In this document: piece by piece, positions 1 through 9,798 of the stretch
How positions within the stretch are numbered: position 1 is the first letter of the stretch
Layout of the letters: every line of letters begins with the position of its first letter
Sequence record: PP355768.1
Direction: 5' to 3' (one strand)
DNA length: 64,000 bases
Made by a program: the position numbers and the translations under genes
Notes under the pieces: model-generated
The model's database searches: none
What the model was told of the DNA's origin: nothing
What the model saw: only the letters and a program-made list of their open reading frames with translations

Positions 1-21
1 ATTTTAAGCGTTTAGCAAATA

Positions 22-55
22 ATAAAAAACCCCGGTCTCGTATTGAGCCGGGGTT
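22..55 (-). terminator. Rho-independent terminator
   Basis: CCCCGG/CCGGGG stem with an A-run on its left (+), i.e. a U-tract on the minus strand, just after thioredoxin. Confidence 0.7.
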
Positions 56-60
56 AGGTA

Positions 61-345
61 TTATTCTTCTACGTAGTCGATAAAGTCTTGGATAGCTTTA
101 CTAACTACCGCAGAGCGAAGTGAGGCACCACTCAAGATATGGTGTGCTTCTTCACGTCCGTTCTCCACATCCACTAGAACTACTGCGGGTACAGTGCGAA
201 GACCGAATTTACGTAGGGAGTCTACGTCGTCCGTGCGTTTTTCAACGGGCAGGTTGAACTCAGCAGTGAGTTTATCAAAAACTGGTTCAAATTGCTTGCA
301 TGGTACGCAGCTAGAACCTTTAAGGAATACAATCTTCTTAGACAT
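61..345 (-). CDS. Thioredoxin/glutaredoxin-like protein
   Basis: CVPC redox motif, TVP cis-Pro motif, 94 aa. Confidence 0.85.
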   Translation of the reverse strand: MSKKIVFLKGSSCVPCKQFEPVFDKLTAEFNLPVEKRTDDVDSLRKFGLRTVPAVVLVDVENGREEAHHILSGASLRSAVVSKAIQDFIDYVEE

Positions 346-742
346 TATTAATACTCTCCAATAGTGTTTTCATTGTTTTTACGGTTGCGGTATCTAGGTC
401 TAGCTTTTCTCCGAAAGCCTCAATTATAGCTTCCTGATACGGCTTTTTCAGACGACCCTCAGGCACTGCTACTTTTTTAACATCTCCTGCCTTGACTTTT
501 GCCAAAATAGTGGTTAAAGTTGGCATAGAAAGTTTTTGGCCCTCAATGTTAACGCCGAGCAGTTCGGTTAGCGCATTGTTAAGGTCAATTCGGGTCATTT
601 TCTTACCGTTGGACATAACACCCTCCGATTTCTTAGCAATTTTCTTAAATTCCGGTGATTCACGATCCCATAGAGCTATATTTAACTCGTAGGGAGATAC
701 TTTAAAATGCTCGCACATCTGAGTGTAGAATCTGTCCGACAT
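338..742 (-). CDS. Hypothetical protein
   Basis: 134-aa ORF with SD (GAGGAG) downstream of a promoter. Confidence 0.8.
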   Translation of the reverse strand: MSDRFYTQMCEHFKVSPYELNIALWDRESPEFKKIAKKSEGVMSNGKKMTRIDLNNALTELLGVNIEGQKLSMPTLTTILAKVKAGDVKKVAVPEGRLKKPYQEAIIEAFGEKLDLDTATVKTMKTLLESINNV

Positions 743-773
743 TTTGTATCTCCTCTCTCGAATTTATAAATAT

Positions 774-802
774 ATTATACGCTAAATCGAGCGGAAAGTC
801 AA
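774..802 (-). promoter_or_regulatory. Sigma70-type T5 early promoter
   Basis: TTGACT-17-TATAAT on the minus strand. Confidence 0.8.
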
Positions 803-814
803 TTGAATTTTTCA

Positions 815-1237
815 TTAATTGCAGTGCTTACCCCTTCTTACGAAAAACAGTGTAATTGGGTAGACTGAGTACATCAACACAGGGGAAGTTAGGGTTAGAA
901 TAGATGTCACCCCTCCTGCGTACATCAGCGGTATAAATGCTAGCGTTATAGCTAGGACTATCATACCAAATAGTAGCGCTAAGGACAATGAGAAGCAATT
1001 CTCTAGCCCTAACCAGAGCCAGCAGAACCCTGTTCCCCTCTTTTTCTCACATGGGCAGCGGAACACACCGAAAATACCAAATACGAAGTGTAGAAGCCAT
1101 CTAGCAACCCTAGCTAAGCGTGTTCTGCGAAAATAAATGGCACCGCGTATTAAAATCCATGTTGCGGAAAAGAATACTATACCGAATTGAAATATCTTGA
1201 GTAGCATTATAGTTACTAAACTTGCAAACATAACCAC
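815..1237 (-). CDS. Hypothetical membrane protein
   Basis: Several hydrophobic segments, 140 aa. Confidence 0.65.
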   Translation of the reverse strand: MVMFASLVTIMLLKIFQFGIVFFSATWILIRGAIYFRRTRLARVARWLLHFVFGIFGVFRCPCEKKRGTGFCWLWLGLENCFSLSLALLFGMIVLAITLAFIPLMYAGGVTSILTLTSPVLMYSVYPITLFFVRRGKHCN

Positions 1238-1290
1238 CTCCTATTTGCTTGCTCCATACAAAGAAGGGGAGCCTAAAGCTCCCCTTAATG

Positions 1291-1704
1291 TCACAGTAAC
1301 TCTACGTGTCCGCCGTCATACGTTCCGCGTTGGATTTCATCACGGTAGTCGCCAGAGTTGTTCCAATCCGCTCCGAAACGAACGGCAATGTTCATCTCAT
1401 TTGCGGCCTTTTTAAATGCACCGACGATAGCCCAGAATGCTTCTAAGTCGTTCCAGTCAATCTTACCATTGATATACGGAGCGAAATCAATGGCCTTTCC
1501 CGTAACGTGCTTAGACTTGCTAGGGTCTTTTAAAAATGAGGTGCCATTGGCAATATTCTGGGCACTCTGTTGTACAGTACGTTTGCCCTGAATGATGGTA
1601 AAATCGTGCGGTGAGAGTTCCAGAGCACGAATAGCCAGAGCCTTAAGTTTAGGATCTACAGTATCGAGCTGCTGGAGACTACGGTTTCCAAATCTGAAAC
1701 TCAT
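1291..1704 (-). CDS. lys: Endolysin, L-alanyl-D-glutamate peptidase (M15 family)
   Basis: SKH-x6-D and DGGH Zn-peptidase motifs; adjacent to holin. Confidence 0.95.
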   Translation of the reverse strand: MSFRFGNRSLQQLDTVDPKLKALAIRALELSPHDFTIIQGKRTVQQSAQNIANGTSFLKDPSKSKHVTGKAIDFAPYINGKIDWNDLEAFWAIVGAFKKAANEMNIAVRFGADWNNSGDYRDEIQRGTYDGGHVELL

Positions 1705-2363
1705 ATTGATCTCCCTAGTGATCTCTGCGGCGATGCGCAGATTTTTGCCATATAGTCATTAAACATACCCATGTCCTCGTCTTGTAGGGGGTACTTCTCC
1801 CACGCGACGGCGACATACCCAGCGTAGATGTTATTAAGGTTAAAATATGGGCACGTGTACACATACTCGAAGTTTGCACTCTTAAACGGCGGCAAACCCG
1901 TTCCAGACCACTTCGATAAACCTTGTTTATTCCTTGCGTCGATCGCAAAGTTTAGACCGTCTAAGTGAGCTCGGTAGAGCATAGACGTCTTGTCAACTGC
2001 TTTGTCGGATACATCGGATTTATCCAACTGAACGTTGCTTTCCCAAGCTATGATAGTTTGGTAATCATTTATAGCCTCAGGCTTGTACTTAACCACGAAG
2101 ACGGCATCAGCTCGAGTCTGTGAGAATAGGATCATTGCCTTCTCTCGTGCCACATTTGGAAACTCTAGTGTGCGTTGTACTTTAACATCTTGTAGGACCG
2201 CCGAAGTAGAGAAAGTCTTCAAGTACGACATGACTTCACTCGTATTAGCTATAAAGAGGTAGATAACTAGACCAACCAGTAAGGTTAGCAAACGTTTAAG
2301 AAGAGAAGCTGGATCCTTCGCTTCTTGTAGTAACAGCGATATCAACTGTATAAATTTATCCAT
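1701..2363 (-). CDS. hol: Holin (T4 t / T5 type)
   Basis: Single N-terminal TM segment plus large soluble domain, 220 aa, overlaps endolysin start. Confidence 0.85.
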   Translation of the reverse strand: MDKFIQLISLLLQEAKDPASLLKRLLTLLVGLVIYLFIANTSEVMSYLKTFSTSAVLQDVKVQRTLEFPNVAREKAMILFSQTRADAVFVVKYKPEAINDYQTIIAWESNVQLDKSDVSDKAVDKTSMLYRAHLDGLNFAIDARNKQGLSKWSGTGLPPFKSANFEYVYTCPYFNLNNIYAGYVAVAWEKYPLQDEDMGMFNDYMAKICASPQRSLGRSI

Positions 2364-2388
2364 TAAGAACCTCCTCTAACCATTTATA

Positions 2389-2417
2389 ATTATACCCTTT
2401 ATTGGAGAAAGTTGCAA
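2389..2417 (-). promoter_or_regulatory. Promoter for lysis genes
   Basis: TTGCAA-17-TATAAT. Confidence 0.75.
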
Positions 2418-2480
2418 TAAAAATTTATAGTTATTGCTCGGATCATACTTTGAGACAAATGTCAAGTAGAATTTAGATAA

Positions 2481-2512
2481 AGAAAAAGGCCAGAGCTAAA
2501 AAGCCCTGGCCT
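2481..2512 (-). terminator. Rho-independent terminator
   Basis: GGCCAG/CTGGCC stem with U-tract on the minus strand. Confidence 0.65.
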
Positions 2513-2520
2513 AATTAGTT

Positions 2521-3132
2521 TTATTGACCCGCAGCTTTACGGGCTTCTTGCTCTCGGTGCGCAGCCATACGATCTACACGTTCGTTGATCTCTTTGGAGG
2601 TCAGCCAAATATCCTTACCACCTTCTATCATCTCTGTGATCTCTTCTAGAGAGAAGAACGGGTAGTACAGGTCTAGCATCATATCCTCAAAGAATGAGTT
2701 GAACTGATCTGCATAGTGCTGGATCTCGTTTTTACCCTTACCATAGTGCGCACCACGATAGGTATGGCCCATCAACATAACGTAAGGGTGCACCAACCAG
2801 CCGTGGCAGGCTAGGAAGATTGAGCAGGCAGCTGATGCTGATGGCCCAACCAGATGCCCAATAACGGTTCCCTGGCAGTTCATGATAAGGTTGCACAACT
2901 GAACTGCTGTATCAACGTATCCGCCGGGACTATTAATATAAAGATTAAGAGTGTCTCCCTCTTGCATAGTTGCCAGAGTGACTGATAGGTCGCGGTAGTA
3001 GTCTACATCGACTATCGGCCCATCGAGATGATAGTGGTAAATATTATACTCTGCCTTAGTCGCCACCAGGGAGGCGAAGTAATTAGGAGTCTTATTGCCA
3101 CCTTTCTGCTCTACGTTATTAATTTGTCCCAT
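2521..3132 (-). CDS. ClpP-like protease subunit
   Basis: LYINSPGG and SASAA motifs of the ClpP/crotonase family. Confidence 0.85.
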   Translation of the reverse strand: MGQINNVEQKGGNKTPNYFASLVATKAEYNIYHYHLDGPIVDVDYYRDLSVTLATMQEGDTLNLYINSPGGYVDTAVQLCNLIMNCQGTVIGHLVGPSASAACSIFLACHGWLVHPYVMLMGHTYRGAHYGKGKNEIQHYADQFNSFFEDMMLDLYYPFFSLEEITEMIEGGKDIWLTSKEINERVDRMAAHREQEARKAAGQ

Positions 3133-3141
3133 ATTATTACC

Positions 3142-3903
3142 TTATATAAAGAGAATCCTCTCGTCGCAAAACGCGTTTACATTTTTACGGAAATTTTCCA
3201 GTCCGTCAAAGTTGTTTGTGACCACATCATCAATAAACTCAGGTGCAACACCTCTAGCAGAGGCATGAGTAGACTGAATAGCGTGGATGTTGTTAGGGGC
3301 GTGAACTTTAAGAATACTAGAGTTCTGCGCACCGGGGAAGTTCCGAACTAGTGCGGCTTCATTATCAAAACGAACATCAGAAATAATGCTAATGTCAGCT
3401 TTGGTAGCAGTGATACGATCTACTACAATATTTAACCACAAGTTCTCATCCACCAGAGCGCGTCCTAACTCCGTGCCAACAAATTCTAGCATTTTACGAG
3501 GGGACGTGTATAATGGGTACAGCGGGGTCTCGTGACCCTGGTAGAAGTCAGGCGCAGATTTTACAATCAACGGATACAGTGTTGACGCCTCAAACTGAGG
3601 CCAAACGTAAGGGAAATCGGCATACTTGTCGATACCAAAACGTTTCCAGACGTTGGCAGTACGTTCGAGGGCTTCCTGAGTTACCCAAAACCACTGCTTA
3701 ACTTCTTTTGTCCTGCGCTCTGCCAGCTTTTCTGGCGTGACTCCAAGGATTACAGCCGCAAGTTCGTAAACGGGAGCTGCAAAACTGAATTTACTGATAG
3801 AATACTCCGGACCGAGGACTTCCCAGGCCCAAACCTTAGCCATGTCAGCAAAGGTGTCTTTGCCTGCGCCGGCATCACCAACTAATCCTAAAACGTATTT
3901 CAT
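3142..3903 (-). CDS. dnk: Deoxynucleoside monophosphate kinase
   Basis: GDAGAGKDT P-loop, RKMLEFVGTE and SDVRFDNE motifs. Confidence 0.9.
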   Translation of the reverse strand: MKYVLGLVGDAGAGKDTFADMAKVWAWEVLGPEYSISKFSFAAPVYELAAVILGVTPEKLAERRTKEVKQWFWVTQEALERTANVWKRFGIDKYADFPYVWPQFEASTLYPLIVKSAPDFYQGHETPLYPLYTSPRKMLEFVGTELGRALVDENLWLNIVVDRITATKADISIISDVRFDNEAALVRNFPGAQNSSILKVHAPNNIHAIQSTHASARGVAPEFIDDVVTNNFDGLENFRKNVNAFCDERILFI

Positions 3904-4229
3904 TTTGTTTCCTTATTGAATGGTTTGCAACGATATTCATTAAGCGACACGCGATAGGTACACGTTAATGCAGTCAGATTGGCAATATAAGTGTAGACCT
4001 GCTCATTACACTTGCCCATTGTGATCCAATCTTGGTAAGGTATGCGAACATACACTTTACCTTCTTCGTTTATGAACTCAAAATTAAACGGGCAAGTCTG
4101 TAGGCTTGCTGGCCACGGTAGGTGTTGCGGCTCTATCCCCGTTACTGAGCTACTTGGGTCTGGCCGTTCTGCACACCCGGATGCGATAATTGCAGCCGAG
4201 AGCAGGAGTCCATATTTCCAGTTACGCAT
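3900..4229 (-). CDS. o-spanin (Rz1-like lipoprotein)
   Basis: Signal peptide with lipobox ASGC; overlaps i-spanin 3' end. Confidence 0.75.
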   Translation of the reverse strand: MRNWKYGLLLSAAIIASGCAERPDPSSSVTGIEPQHLPWPASLQTCPFNFEFINEEGKVYVRIPYQDWITMGKCNEQVYTYIANLTALTCTYRVSLNEYRCKPFNKETK

Positions 4230-4603
4230 GAAAGTCTCTCCTGGAACTCATTAACTTTGTCTTTTGCTACTTTGGTAGCAAGTTTAGGTTTAGCGGCAAC
4301 CACACCCTCTTTTGCCCTAGCTGCATCCAGTTTATTGATACGTCCGTCCAGGTCTTCCTGGTTCTTGGCTAGGTTGGTTATATAGGTAGTAGTGTTGCGA
4401 TCTCGATTTCGAATCTCTGTTTGGAGATTACCAACTGTCTTTTCTAGTTGTTCATTACGGTTTGATAGGGACTGTAAAGAACTGGACATATCTGTTAGCT
4501 TATTGGTAATGTAGTAGGCACCTCCGAAGGTGCCTGCTGCAATTGCCAGAAACAGAATTGCTCCAGTCTTACCGCTCCATATTCCTGAAAGAAACTTTAG
4601 CAT
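4142..4603 (-). CDS. i-spanin (Rz-like)
   Basis: N-terminal TM segment then coiled coil; start refined to MLKFLSG. Confidence 0.75.
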   Translation of the reverse strand: MLKFLSGIWSGKTGAILFLAIAAGTFGGAYYITNKLTDMSSSLQSLSNRNEQLEKTVGNLQTEIRNRDRNTTTYITNLAKNQEDLDGRINKLDAARAKEGVVAAKPKLATKVAKDKVNEFQERLSCVTGNMDSCSRLQLSHPGVQNGQTQVAQ

Positions 4604-5282
4604 CGAAGCCCTTAGCAATTAACCGATCACGATCAGACGTAGATTCGGTCTTTGGTTCCCCTTGACCCAGCACACCGAAGATATATGATTCTAGGGTCTG
4701 GTGCCAGCGATACAGGTTTGGATCAATTTCCTGCCACGGAAAATCTTCCGCATGGAAGTTGAAATCAGTTTTAACGGTAATGTTTACCGTCGGGTCAGTC
4801 TCTGACTTTGAAGCATCCCATGCCATCGCAATGGGCTTGTTGAAAGTCTCTAGGAACTTAGAAGCTGTAGCAGTTGCGTTACGAACGTGGGCGTCAATCT
4901 TTTCGAGTGTGTTAGTTTCCCAGCCCAGACGAACAGATAACCCCTCTTCTTCCATAAGCTCGATAACTTTGGAAAGCTCGAAGGTTTGGCAGTGGTAGCC
5001 AATCCAGGTGTTACCGCCATTAGGGCGATACGTATGGTATCCATACAGCCAACGCAAAGTGCCACAAATTAATACCGGACGAACCTCTAGGGTACCTACC
5101 TGATAGATCCCAGACTTGCCGTTCCTTGTAGTCTCAAACAGATTGGCATAGAAAATGATCTGTTCGAAATCTGCCGGTACGTTCACAACCTGCTTAATCT
5201 CTTCTCGGTGCCAAACGCGTTCTGCGTCGTACATGGTGCCCTGCAGGTCATATACATCTTTAAATTTAGAGATAATACGCAT
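4569..5282 (-). CDS. Hypothetical protein
   Basis: ATG at 5282 with GAGGAG SD. Confidence 0.8.
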   Translation of the reverse strand: MRIISKFKDVYDLQGTMYDAERVWHREEIKQVVNVPADFEQIIFYANLFETTRNGKSGIYQVGTLEVRPVLICGTLRWLYGYHTYRPNGGNTWIGYHCQTFELSKVIELMEEEGLSVRLGWETNTLEKIDAHVRNATATASKFLETFNKPIAMAWDASKSETDPTVNITVKTDFNFHAEDFPWQEIDPNLYRWHQTLESYIFGVLGQGEPKTESTSDRDRLIAKGFDAKVSFRNMER

Positions 5283-5309
5283 CTTTGTTCTCCTCTCATT
5301 TATAAAACC

Positions 5310-5338
5310 ATTATACAACATTTTAAGCGAGAGTGCAA
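5310..5338 (-). promoter_or_regulatory. Early promoter
   Basis: TTGCAC-17-TATAAT. Confidence 0.7.
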
Positions 5339-5347
5339 GTAATTTTT

Positions 5348-5384
5348 AAAAAAGAAAAGCCCAACACCTTTCGATGTCGGGCTT
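5348..5384 (-). terminator. Rho-independent terminator
   Basis: AAGCCC/GGGCTT stem with U-tract on the minus strand. Confidence 0.65.
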
Positions 5385-5390
5385 GGGTAG

Positions 5391-5783
5391 TTAGCGATTT
5401 AACGGGTGGTGTTCCACACAGTAATCGTTAAAGATCTTGGCTCGCTTGATACTATCCGGTTTATACTTAGCGAACGGGCCTTTCAACGCCCCCTGTACGA
5501 TGAAGATGGCCTTACACAGTCTGCCGATGGTCTTGCGACTCATACAGCGTAGCTCTGCGGCATGCTTACCGTTACGAAGCTCTAGGATCTTATCGAAGGA
5601 CTTCAGGACACTCGATGCATCTTTGGCACCACCTCCTGCGATGATGGCCTCGATATCTTTACGGGTGGCAAACTTAGCCAGGAACTCGAAGGCTTTAGCT
5701 GACAGCAGCTTAGCAGAGTCCAGACCATGATTGATACCAACTGCCATCCACGCTGATACTGCCAGTATAAATAAAGTAAACAT
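5391..5783 (-). CDS. Hypothetical protein with N-terminal hydrophobic segment
   Basis: 130-aa ORF, GAGGAA SD. Confidence 0.75.
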   Translation of the reverse strand: MFTLFILAVSAWMAVGINHGLDSAKLLSAKAFEFLAKFATRKDIEAIIAGGGAKDASSVLKSFDKILELRNGKHAAELRCMSRKTIGRLCKAIFIVQGALKGPFAKYKPDSIKRAKIFNDYCVEHHPLNR

Positions 5784-5902
5784 TTTGCTTCCTCAGTTTG
5801 TCTTTGAATTAGTTAATGGTCAGCGACCAACTCACCACTTCGTTCATCGCGGGCACGACTCCGGATAGGAACAGGAAGGTGACTCCTATAACGGCCCTAC
5901 CG

Positions 5903-6337
5903 TTATACGTGTGGATTCATGTTACACATCATCCTAGTCTTCTCTACTTCCCGTCGTGCTTTGCGACGTTGCCGCCGTAGTTTGTATTCATTTTCAATAA
6001 CCTTATGGAAATGATCATTGATGTTATCTTCTGGCAACATCAAACGAATTGTTGCCAACTGCTCGATCTGAACCCGAAGGTGGGAGTTAGGCATACAAAG
6101 CTCTTGCATCTCCACGAACCCGGATAATCCTAGAGCGGTCATAGAGGCTTTAGCGTATACTTTGTCCTCTTTTAGACTTAGTTCAACGGTTATCCGGTAG
6201 CGATTGTCAAATACAGTGCACCACTCTGAGGGTGCTGCACCAGCTCTTGCCCAGACACAGTAAGGAGCTTCCTCAAAAGCGCACTCCTCATTAATCCAGT
6301 CTAGGGTCTCCTGAAGTTTAGGATGGAGGTTACTCAT
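5903..6337 (-). CDS. Hypothetical protein
   Basis: Start refined to MSNLHPK; basic C-terminus. Confidence 0.75.
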   Translation of the reverse strand: MSNLHPKLQETLDWINEECAFEEAPYCVWARAGAAPSEWCTVFDNRYRITVELSLKEDKVYAKASMTALGLSGFVEMQELCMPNSHLRVQIEQLATIRLMLPEDNINDHFHKVIENEYKLRRQRRKARREVEKTRMMCNMNPHV

Positions 6338-6602
6338 CGCTATCATCCTCATCTTCTACCTGACGACCATAGCGGTCCAGGGTCACAGCGGGCTTGCCGT
6401 AGGTTTTGTTAGTGTAGATCTTAGTTTCTCCAAAACGGGTTTCGGATTTACGAAACTTACCAGCTTCTTTAGTAATCCCGTTCGTTGTCACACGAACACG
6501 CCCATTATCAGAGATCTCTACTTTGTTACGCTCTGCGGCCAGAGATACTCCGGAGTACATCATGCTGAACACGATGATTGCTGCAATTGAACGCTTACTC
6601 AT
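6330..6602 (-). CDS. Hypothetical exported protein
   Basis: MSKRSIAAIIVF...SLA-A signal-peptide-like N-terminus. Confidence 0.7.
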   Translation of the reverse strand: MSKRSIAAIIVFSMMYSGVSLAAERNKVEISDNGRVRVTTNGITKEAGKFRKSETRFGETKIYTNKTYGKPAVTLDRYGRQVEDEDDSDE

Positions 6603-6918
6603 AGTCTTCACCTTCGTTATCTTGTTCGTCAACTTCACCTTCGAGGTCTGGCTCACAGTCCCGGCAGATTTCCTCTATTTGGTTCTCCGCCCTTTCAAAA
6701 GCAGGACACCACCACCCACAATTCACGCACCGAAAGATCTCCATATCTTCCGCGGTCTGCCAGAAGAGATCCTCGATAACACCTTCGTGAAGGTTATACC
6801 CGTTAGCCACCAGCTCTTCTTCGATAACATTGAGAGCTTCAGTTTCGCTTACACAGGAACCTTGTACATACCCGTGCATTAACGGGCGGATAATGCTTTC
6901 AATACTTAGTTTGCTCAT
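6595..6918 (-). CDS. Hypothetical Zn-finger protein
   Basis: CxxC-x3-C...CxxC. Confidence 0.75.
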   Translation of the reverse strand: MSKLSIESIIRPLMHGYVQGSCVSETEALNVIEEELVANGYNLHEGVIEDLFWQTAEDMEIFRCVNCGWWCPAFERAENQIEEICRDCEPDLEGEVDEQDNEGEDYE

Positions 6919-6946
6919 GAAGCTCTCCCTATCAATTTATGTAACT

Positions 6947-6975
6947 ATTATATCGAAAAATCGCCTACAATGCAA
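6947..6975 (-). promoter_or_regulatory. Early promoter
   Basis: TTGCAT-17-TATAAT. Confidence 0.7.
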
Positions 6976-7402
6976 CTGAATTTTTCAATACTTTGGCTTC
7001 GGCACGCTTTCTTTTGTATTCGGCAGCTCCTTTTTCGAGTTCCGAATTAAGGTAGTCAACCATGGTATCCCACTTGCGATTTATCCAGTGACGAGTACCA
7101 TAATGCGAGAATACCTGTACGGTATAGTCTACCGGACTGGCGTCTTTGACGCTATACCAGGCCTCAGGACTAAACTGCTTGAGATCGTCCAGCTGCGGAG
7201 TTGGGATATCCAGAGCTTTTTGATGGTACAGTTTTGTCAGGTCAAATACTTTCTGCTGGTAACGTTCATGGTCACGATAGTAACCAGAGAGTCGCTCCAC
7301 TAGAGATTGGGCTGCTTCCAGATTACGAGAGGTTACAACGCAAATACGATCCGGCAACCCCTGCTCCATGAATTCATGTACTACACAATATCCGAGATCC
7401 AT
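6965..7402 (-). CDS. Hypothetical protein
   Basis: Start refined to MDLGY, abutting the upstream stop. Confidence 0.7.
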   Translation of the reverse strand: MDLGYCVVHEFMEQGLPDRICVVTSRNLEAAQSLVERLSGYYRDHERYQQKVFDLTKLYHQKALDIPTPQLDDLKQFSPEAWYSVKDASPVDYTVQVFSHYGTRHWINRKWDTMVDYLNSELEKGAAEYKRKRAEAKVLKNSVAL

Positions 7403-7403
7403 A

Positions 7404-7613
7404 TTAACAGCTCCAGCTACACTTAGGACACGGGCAGGACAGTGCGTGTACGCACATCTTGCCGTTCTTATCGACACCAGTACCATGACATTTGGTACAT
7501 GCTGCATGTAAACACACTGGTCGTTGCTCTTCGACTAACTTCTTAATAAACGGAGCGCTTTCAACCATTTTGCACAATTCTTCGTGAGAATATCCAAATC
7601 CTGTAGTAATCAT
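7404..7613 (-). CDS. Small Cys-rich hypothetical protein
   Basis: CxxCxGxG and CxCxxC motifs. Confidence 0.7.
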   Translation of the reverse strand: MITTGFGYSHEELCKMVESAPFIKKLVEEQRPVCLHAACTKCHGTGVDKNGKMCVHALSCPCPKCSWSC

Positions 7614-7915
7614 TTTCTACCTCTGCGTTTCGGAGTGGGCCAGGAATTAGTCTTGCCATGAGTAACCTCCTGGCGAGAGCTACGTGGCATAAAATTATTA
7701 CCAATAGGATGTTCGTGTTCCATTTCCCGAGCGTAGGATTCTAACTCTAGAAAGCTGGCTTGGGACTCTCGTTCCATTCTTTCTAGATCAGTGAAGCTGG
7801 GAAATCCGCCGATTCCGCCGTAGCCGATAAGCATTATTTTCGGCACCTCGACATTACGTTCTTCCAGTCGTTTCCGAATAAGTTCTATTGCTTCCCGAGC
7901 AATTTTATCGTCCAT
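7610..7915 (-). CDS. Hypothetical protein
   Basis: Start refined to MDDKIARE with GGAGGA SD. Confidence 0.75.
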   Translation of the reverse strand: MDDKIAREAIELIRKRLEERNVEVPKIMLIGYGGIGGFPSFTDLERMERESQASFLELESYAREMEHEHPIGNNFMPRSSRQEVTHGKTNSWPTPKRRGRK

Positions 7916-8171
7916 TGCGTTCCTCCTTCGGCAAATAATCATGAAGCTCTACGTAAGAGATATTTTTTCTCTCTTTATATTCTGGCTTACCATACATACC
8001 GTGCACTTCTACTACTTTGGCGCGGCGGGGATTATTAAACATAACGTTTCCTGGTATGACTACTACATCACCTATCTCTGGCGAGTATTTCCAATAACTA
8101 GGTACGCGGTAAACATACGTTCTGTTACTGTTGGAGAATTTAATTCCAACGTGGCGAATAGTTGAAGCCAT
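7905..8171 (-). CDS. Hypothetical protein
   Basis: Start uncertain; fills the gap in a packed operon. Confidence 0.6.
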   Translation of the reverse strand: MASTIRHVGIKFSNSNRTYVYRVPSYWKYSPEIGDVVVIPGNVMFNNPRRAKVVEVHGMYGKPEYKERKNISYVELHDYLPKEERNGR

Positions 8172-8502
8172 GATACAGAGCCTTAGCCGCCTGCCGCGGC
8201 ATGTTAAGTTTTTCAGCCAGTTCAGACCAGAAGTCTTTACCACTAACCATGTTATATGCTACGATGTTCCCATCGAAATCTTTGAGACGCTCGGCCTCTG
8301 CCTCTAAAGCTGGTCGGTTCTTCTCAACTTCGAGCTGAAACTCATTCAGACGCATGAAGTTGCTTTTGTCGCCTAGAAAACGGACGTAGGCTCCGGCAAC
8401 ACCATCTATTGAGGAAGCACCGCATTTACAAGTCTGCATCTTGTGATCGACCAGCTCCAGGGTGTCACGGCAGCATTTTACGAAATATACAACTTTACTC
8501 AT
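8140..8502 (-). CDS. Hypothetical protein
   Basis: Start refined to MSKVVYF; CC...CKCG motif. Confidence 0.7.
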   Translation of the reverse strand: MSKVVYFVKCCRDTLELVDHKMQTCKCGASSIDGVAGAYVRFLGDKSNFMRLNEFQLEVEKNRPALEAEAERLKDFDGNIVAYNMVSGKDFWSELAEKLNMPRQAAKALYHGFNYSPRWN

Positions 8503-8722
8503 AATCATTATATCCTTCAACTGTAAACCAGCGTTTAACTTGTGTGAAGCTCACCCAAATGCCCTCATTTGCGTCGCTTCGTACTTTGTAGCCTGCTCTA
8601 CTATCATGTAGTTCGACGAAGTAAAGCCTACCTGGGGTGAAGTATTGAAACTTGTGGCCTCCAACAATTTTATACTGGAGGCCAACTCCAGGAGTGAAGC
8701 GTAAGAGACTAGCTTTCACCAT
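8495..8722 (-). CDS. Hypothetical protein
   Basis: Start refined to MVKASLL with GGAG SD. Confidence 0.7.
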   Translation of the reverse strand: MVKASLLRFTPGVGLQYKIVGGHKFQYFTPGRLYFVELHDSRAGYKVRSDANEGIWVSFTQVKRWFTVEGYNDYE

Positions 8723-9251
8723 ATTTCTTCTCCAGGCGTTTTTCACGCAGTTCGGCTTTTCTCTTGGCCACACGTTCACGCAGTGTGCCGTGTTCTTTCT
8801 CATAGCGCAGGTGATGCTTATTGAAATCACGCTTCATACGAACGTTATGCCAGTATTCTTGGCTGGCAATAAAGATTGCCGGGCGAGACAGCCTAGGAAC
8901 ATCGTACAGCTCGAACATGCGCTTCATTTCTTTATATTCGGCGTAGTTCATAACACGATCGCCGGGAGCAATCTGATTGTCCCAAACCCACTTTTCATGA
9001 TCCCAATCCGTATAGAATGCTCTGATAACGCCAGGAGTTACTTCAATTTCGTACCACGCAGTCTTAGACACACGATCGTGATACAATCCTGGGCGGTTGA
9101 ATACTGGGTTTCGCTCTTTTTCTCGCCAATCATAGAACGTACCATCTAGTGCTTGCTCAACAGTGCGTCGTGTTGCTTTGCCCCAGATGTAGAAAGAGTC
9201 AACAAGGCTAGAACGAAAGACTCGGATACCACGTAGAGATTGCTTATTCAT
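8709..9251 (-). CDS. Hypothetical protein
   Basis: 180-aa ORF coupled to its neighbours. Confidence 0.75.
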   Translation of the reverse strand: MNKQSLRGIRVFRSSLVDSFYIWGKATRRTVEQALDGTFYDWREKERNPVFNRPGLYHDRVSKTAWYEIEVTPGVIRAFYTDWDHEKWVWDNQIAPGDRVMNYAEYKEMKRMFELYDVPRLSRPAIFIASQEYWHNVRMKRDFNKHHLRYEKEHGTLRERVAKRKAELREKRLEKKYGES

Positions 9252-9523
9252 TATTTGATCCCCAATGCGAGAAGATGATTAGACAGCTTATCCAGGGCTT
9301 CCAGAGCAGCTTTGTTGTTTTCGCTCAAGTTGCTAATAGTCTTCTGGAGGCTATCGATAACAAAGTCACGGACTGCTAATTCGGCGGCGATTGCAGACTT
9401 ACTGTTAAGTCCTTCCGCGGTCATTGCATTGACATGTCGGGTATAATAACCACCAGCGAAATCCAGCTCGTCAATAGCACGTTCGGCGTAATGCAATTCA
9501 TTCAGTTCATTGAGTTCGTTCAT
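9251..9523 (-). CDS. Hypothetical protein
   Basis: 90-aa ORF, AAGGAG SD. Confidence 0.75.
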   Translation of the reverse strand: MNELNELNELHYAERAIDELDFAGGYYTRHVNAMTAEGLNSKSAIAAELAVRDFVIDSLQKTISNLSENNKAALEALDKLSNHLLALGIK

Positions 9524-9526
9524 TGA

Positions 9527-9724
9527 TTACTCCTTATCCATCATTTCGAGGCGTTCTTTGACGTATACCAGTCTGTTGTGCTGTTCTTTTGCTAATTCTG
9601 CTAACCTGTAAATATCGGCCACTAACTGCATTGTGTGGTCGTCCATACCTTCGGGTGGGAGTGTATCTGCATATGCAGTGCAGATAGCGATAAACTCTTC
9701 TGTGTTTTCCATTGTTACTTTCAT
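9527..9724 (-). CDS. Hypothetical protein
   Basis: Start refined to MKVTM, GAGG SD. Confidence 0.7.
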   Translation of the reverse strand: MKVTMENTEEFIAICTAYADTLPPEGMDDHTMQLVADIYRLAELAKEQHNRLVYVKERLEMMDKE

Positions 9725-9756
9725 GTTGGAAACCTCTCTCATCAATTTATAAATCT

Positions 9757-9785
9757 ATTATACGGCAAAATTGGCATTTTTGCAA
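9757..9785 (-). promoter_or_regulatory. Early promoter
   Basis: TTGCAA-17-TATAAT. Confidence 0.75.
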
Positions 9786-9798
9786 GTGAATTTATAAA

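Noticed and set aside
5783-5905. Competing hairpins (TATAACGG/CCGTTATA versus ATAGGA/TCCTAT) in a 120-nt leader, possible attenuator
   Set aside because: Only short stems, no U-tract or convincing leader peptide; insufficient support
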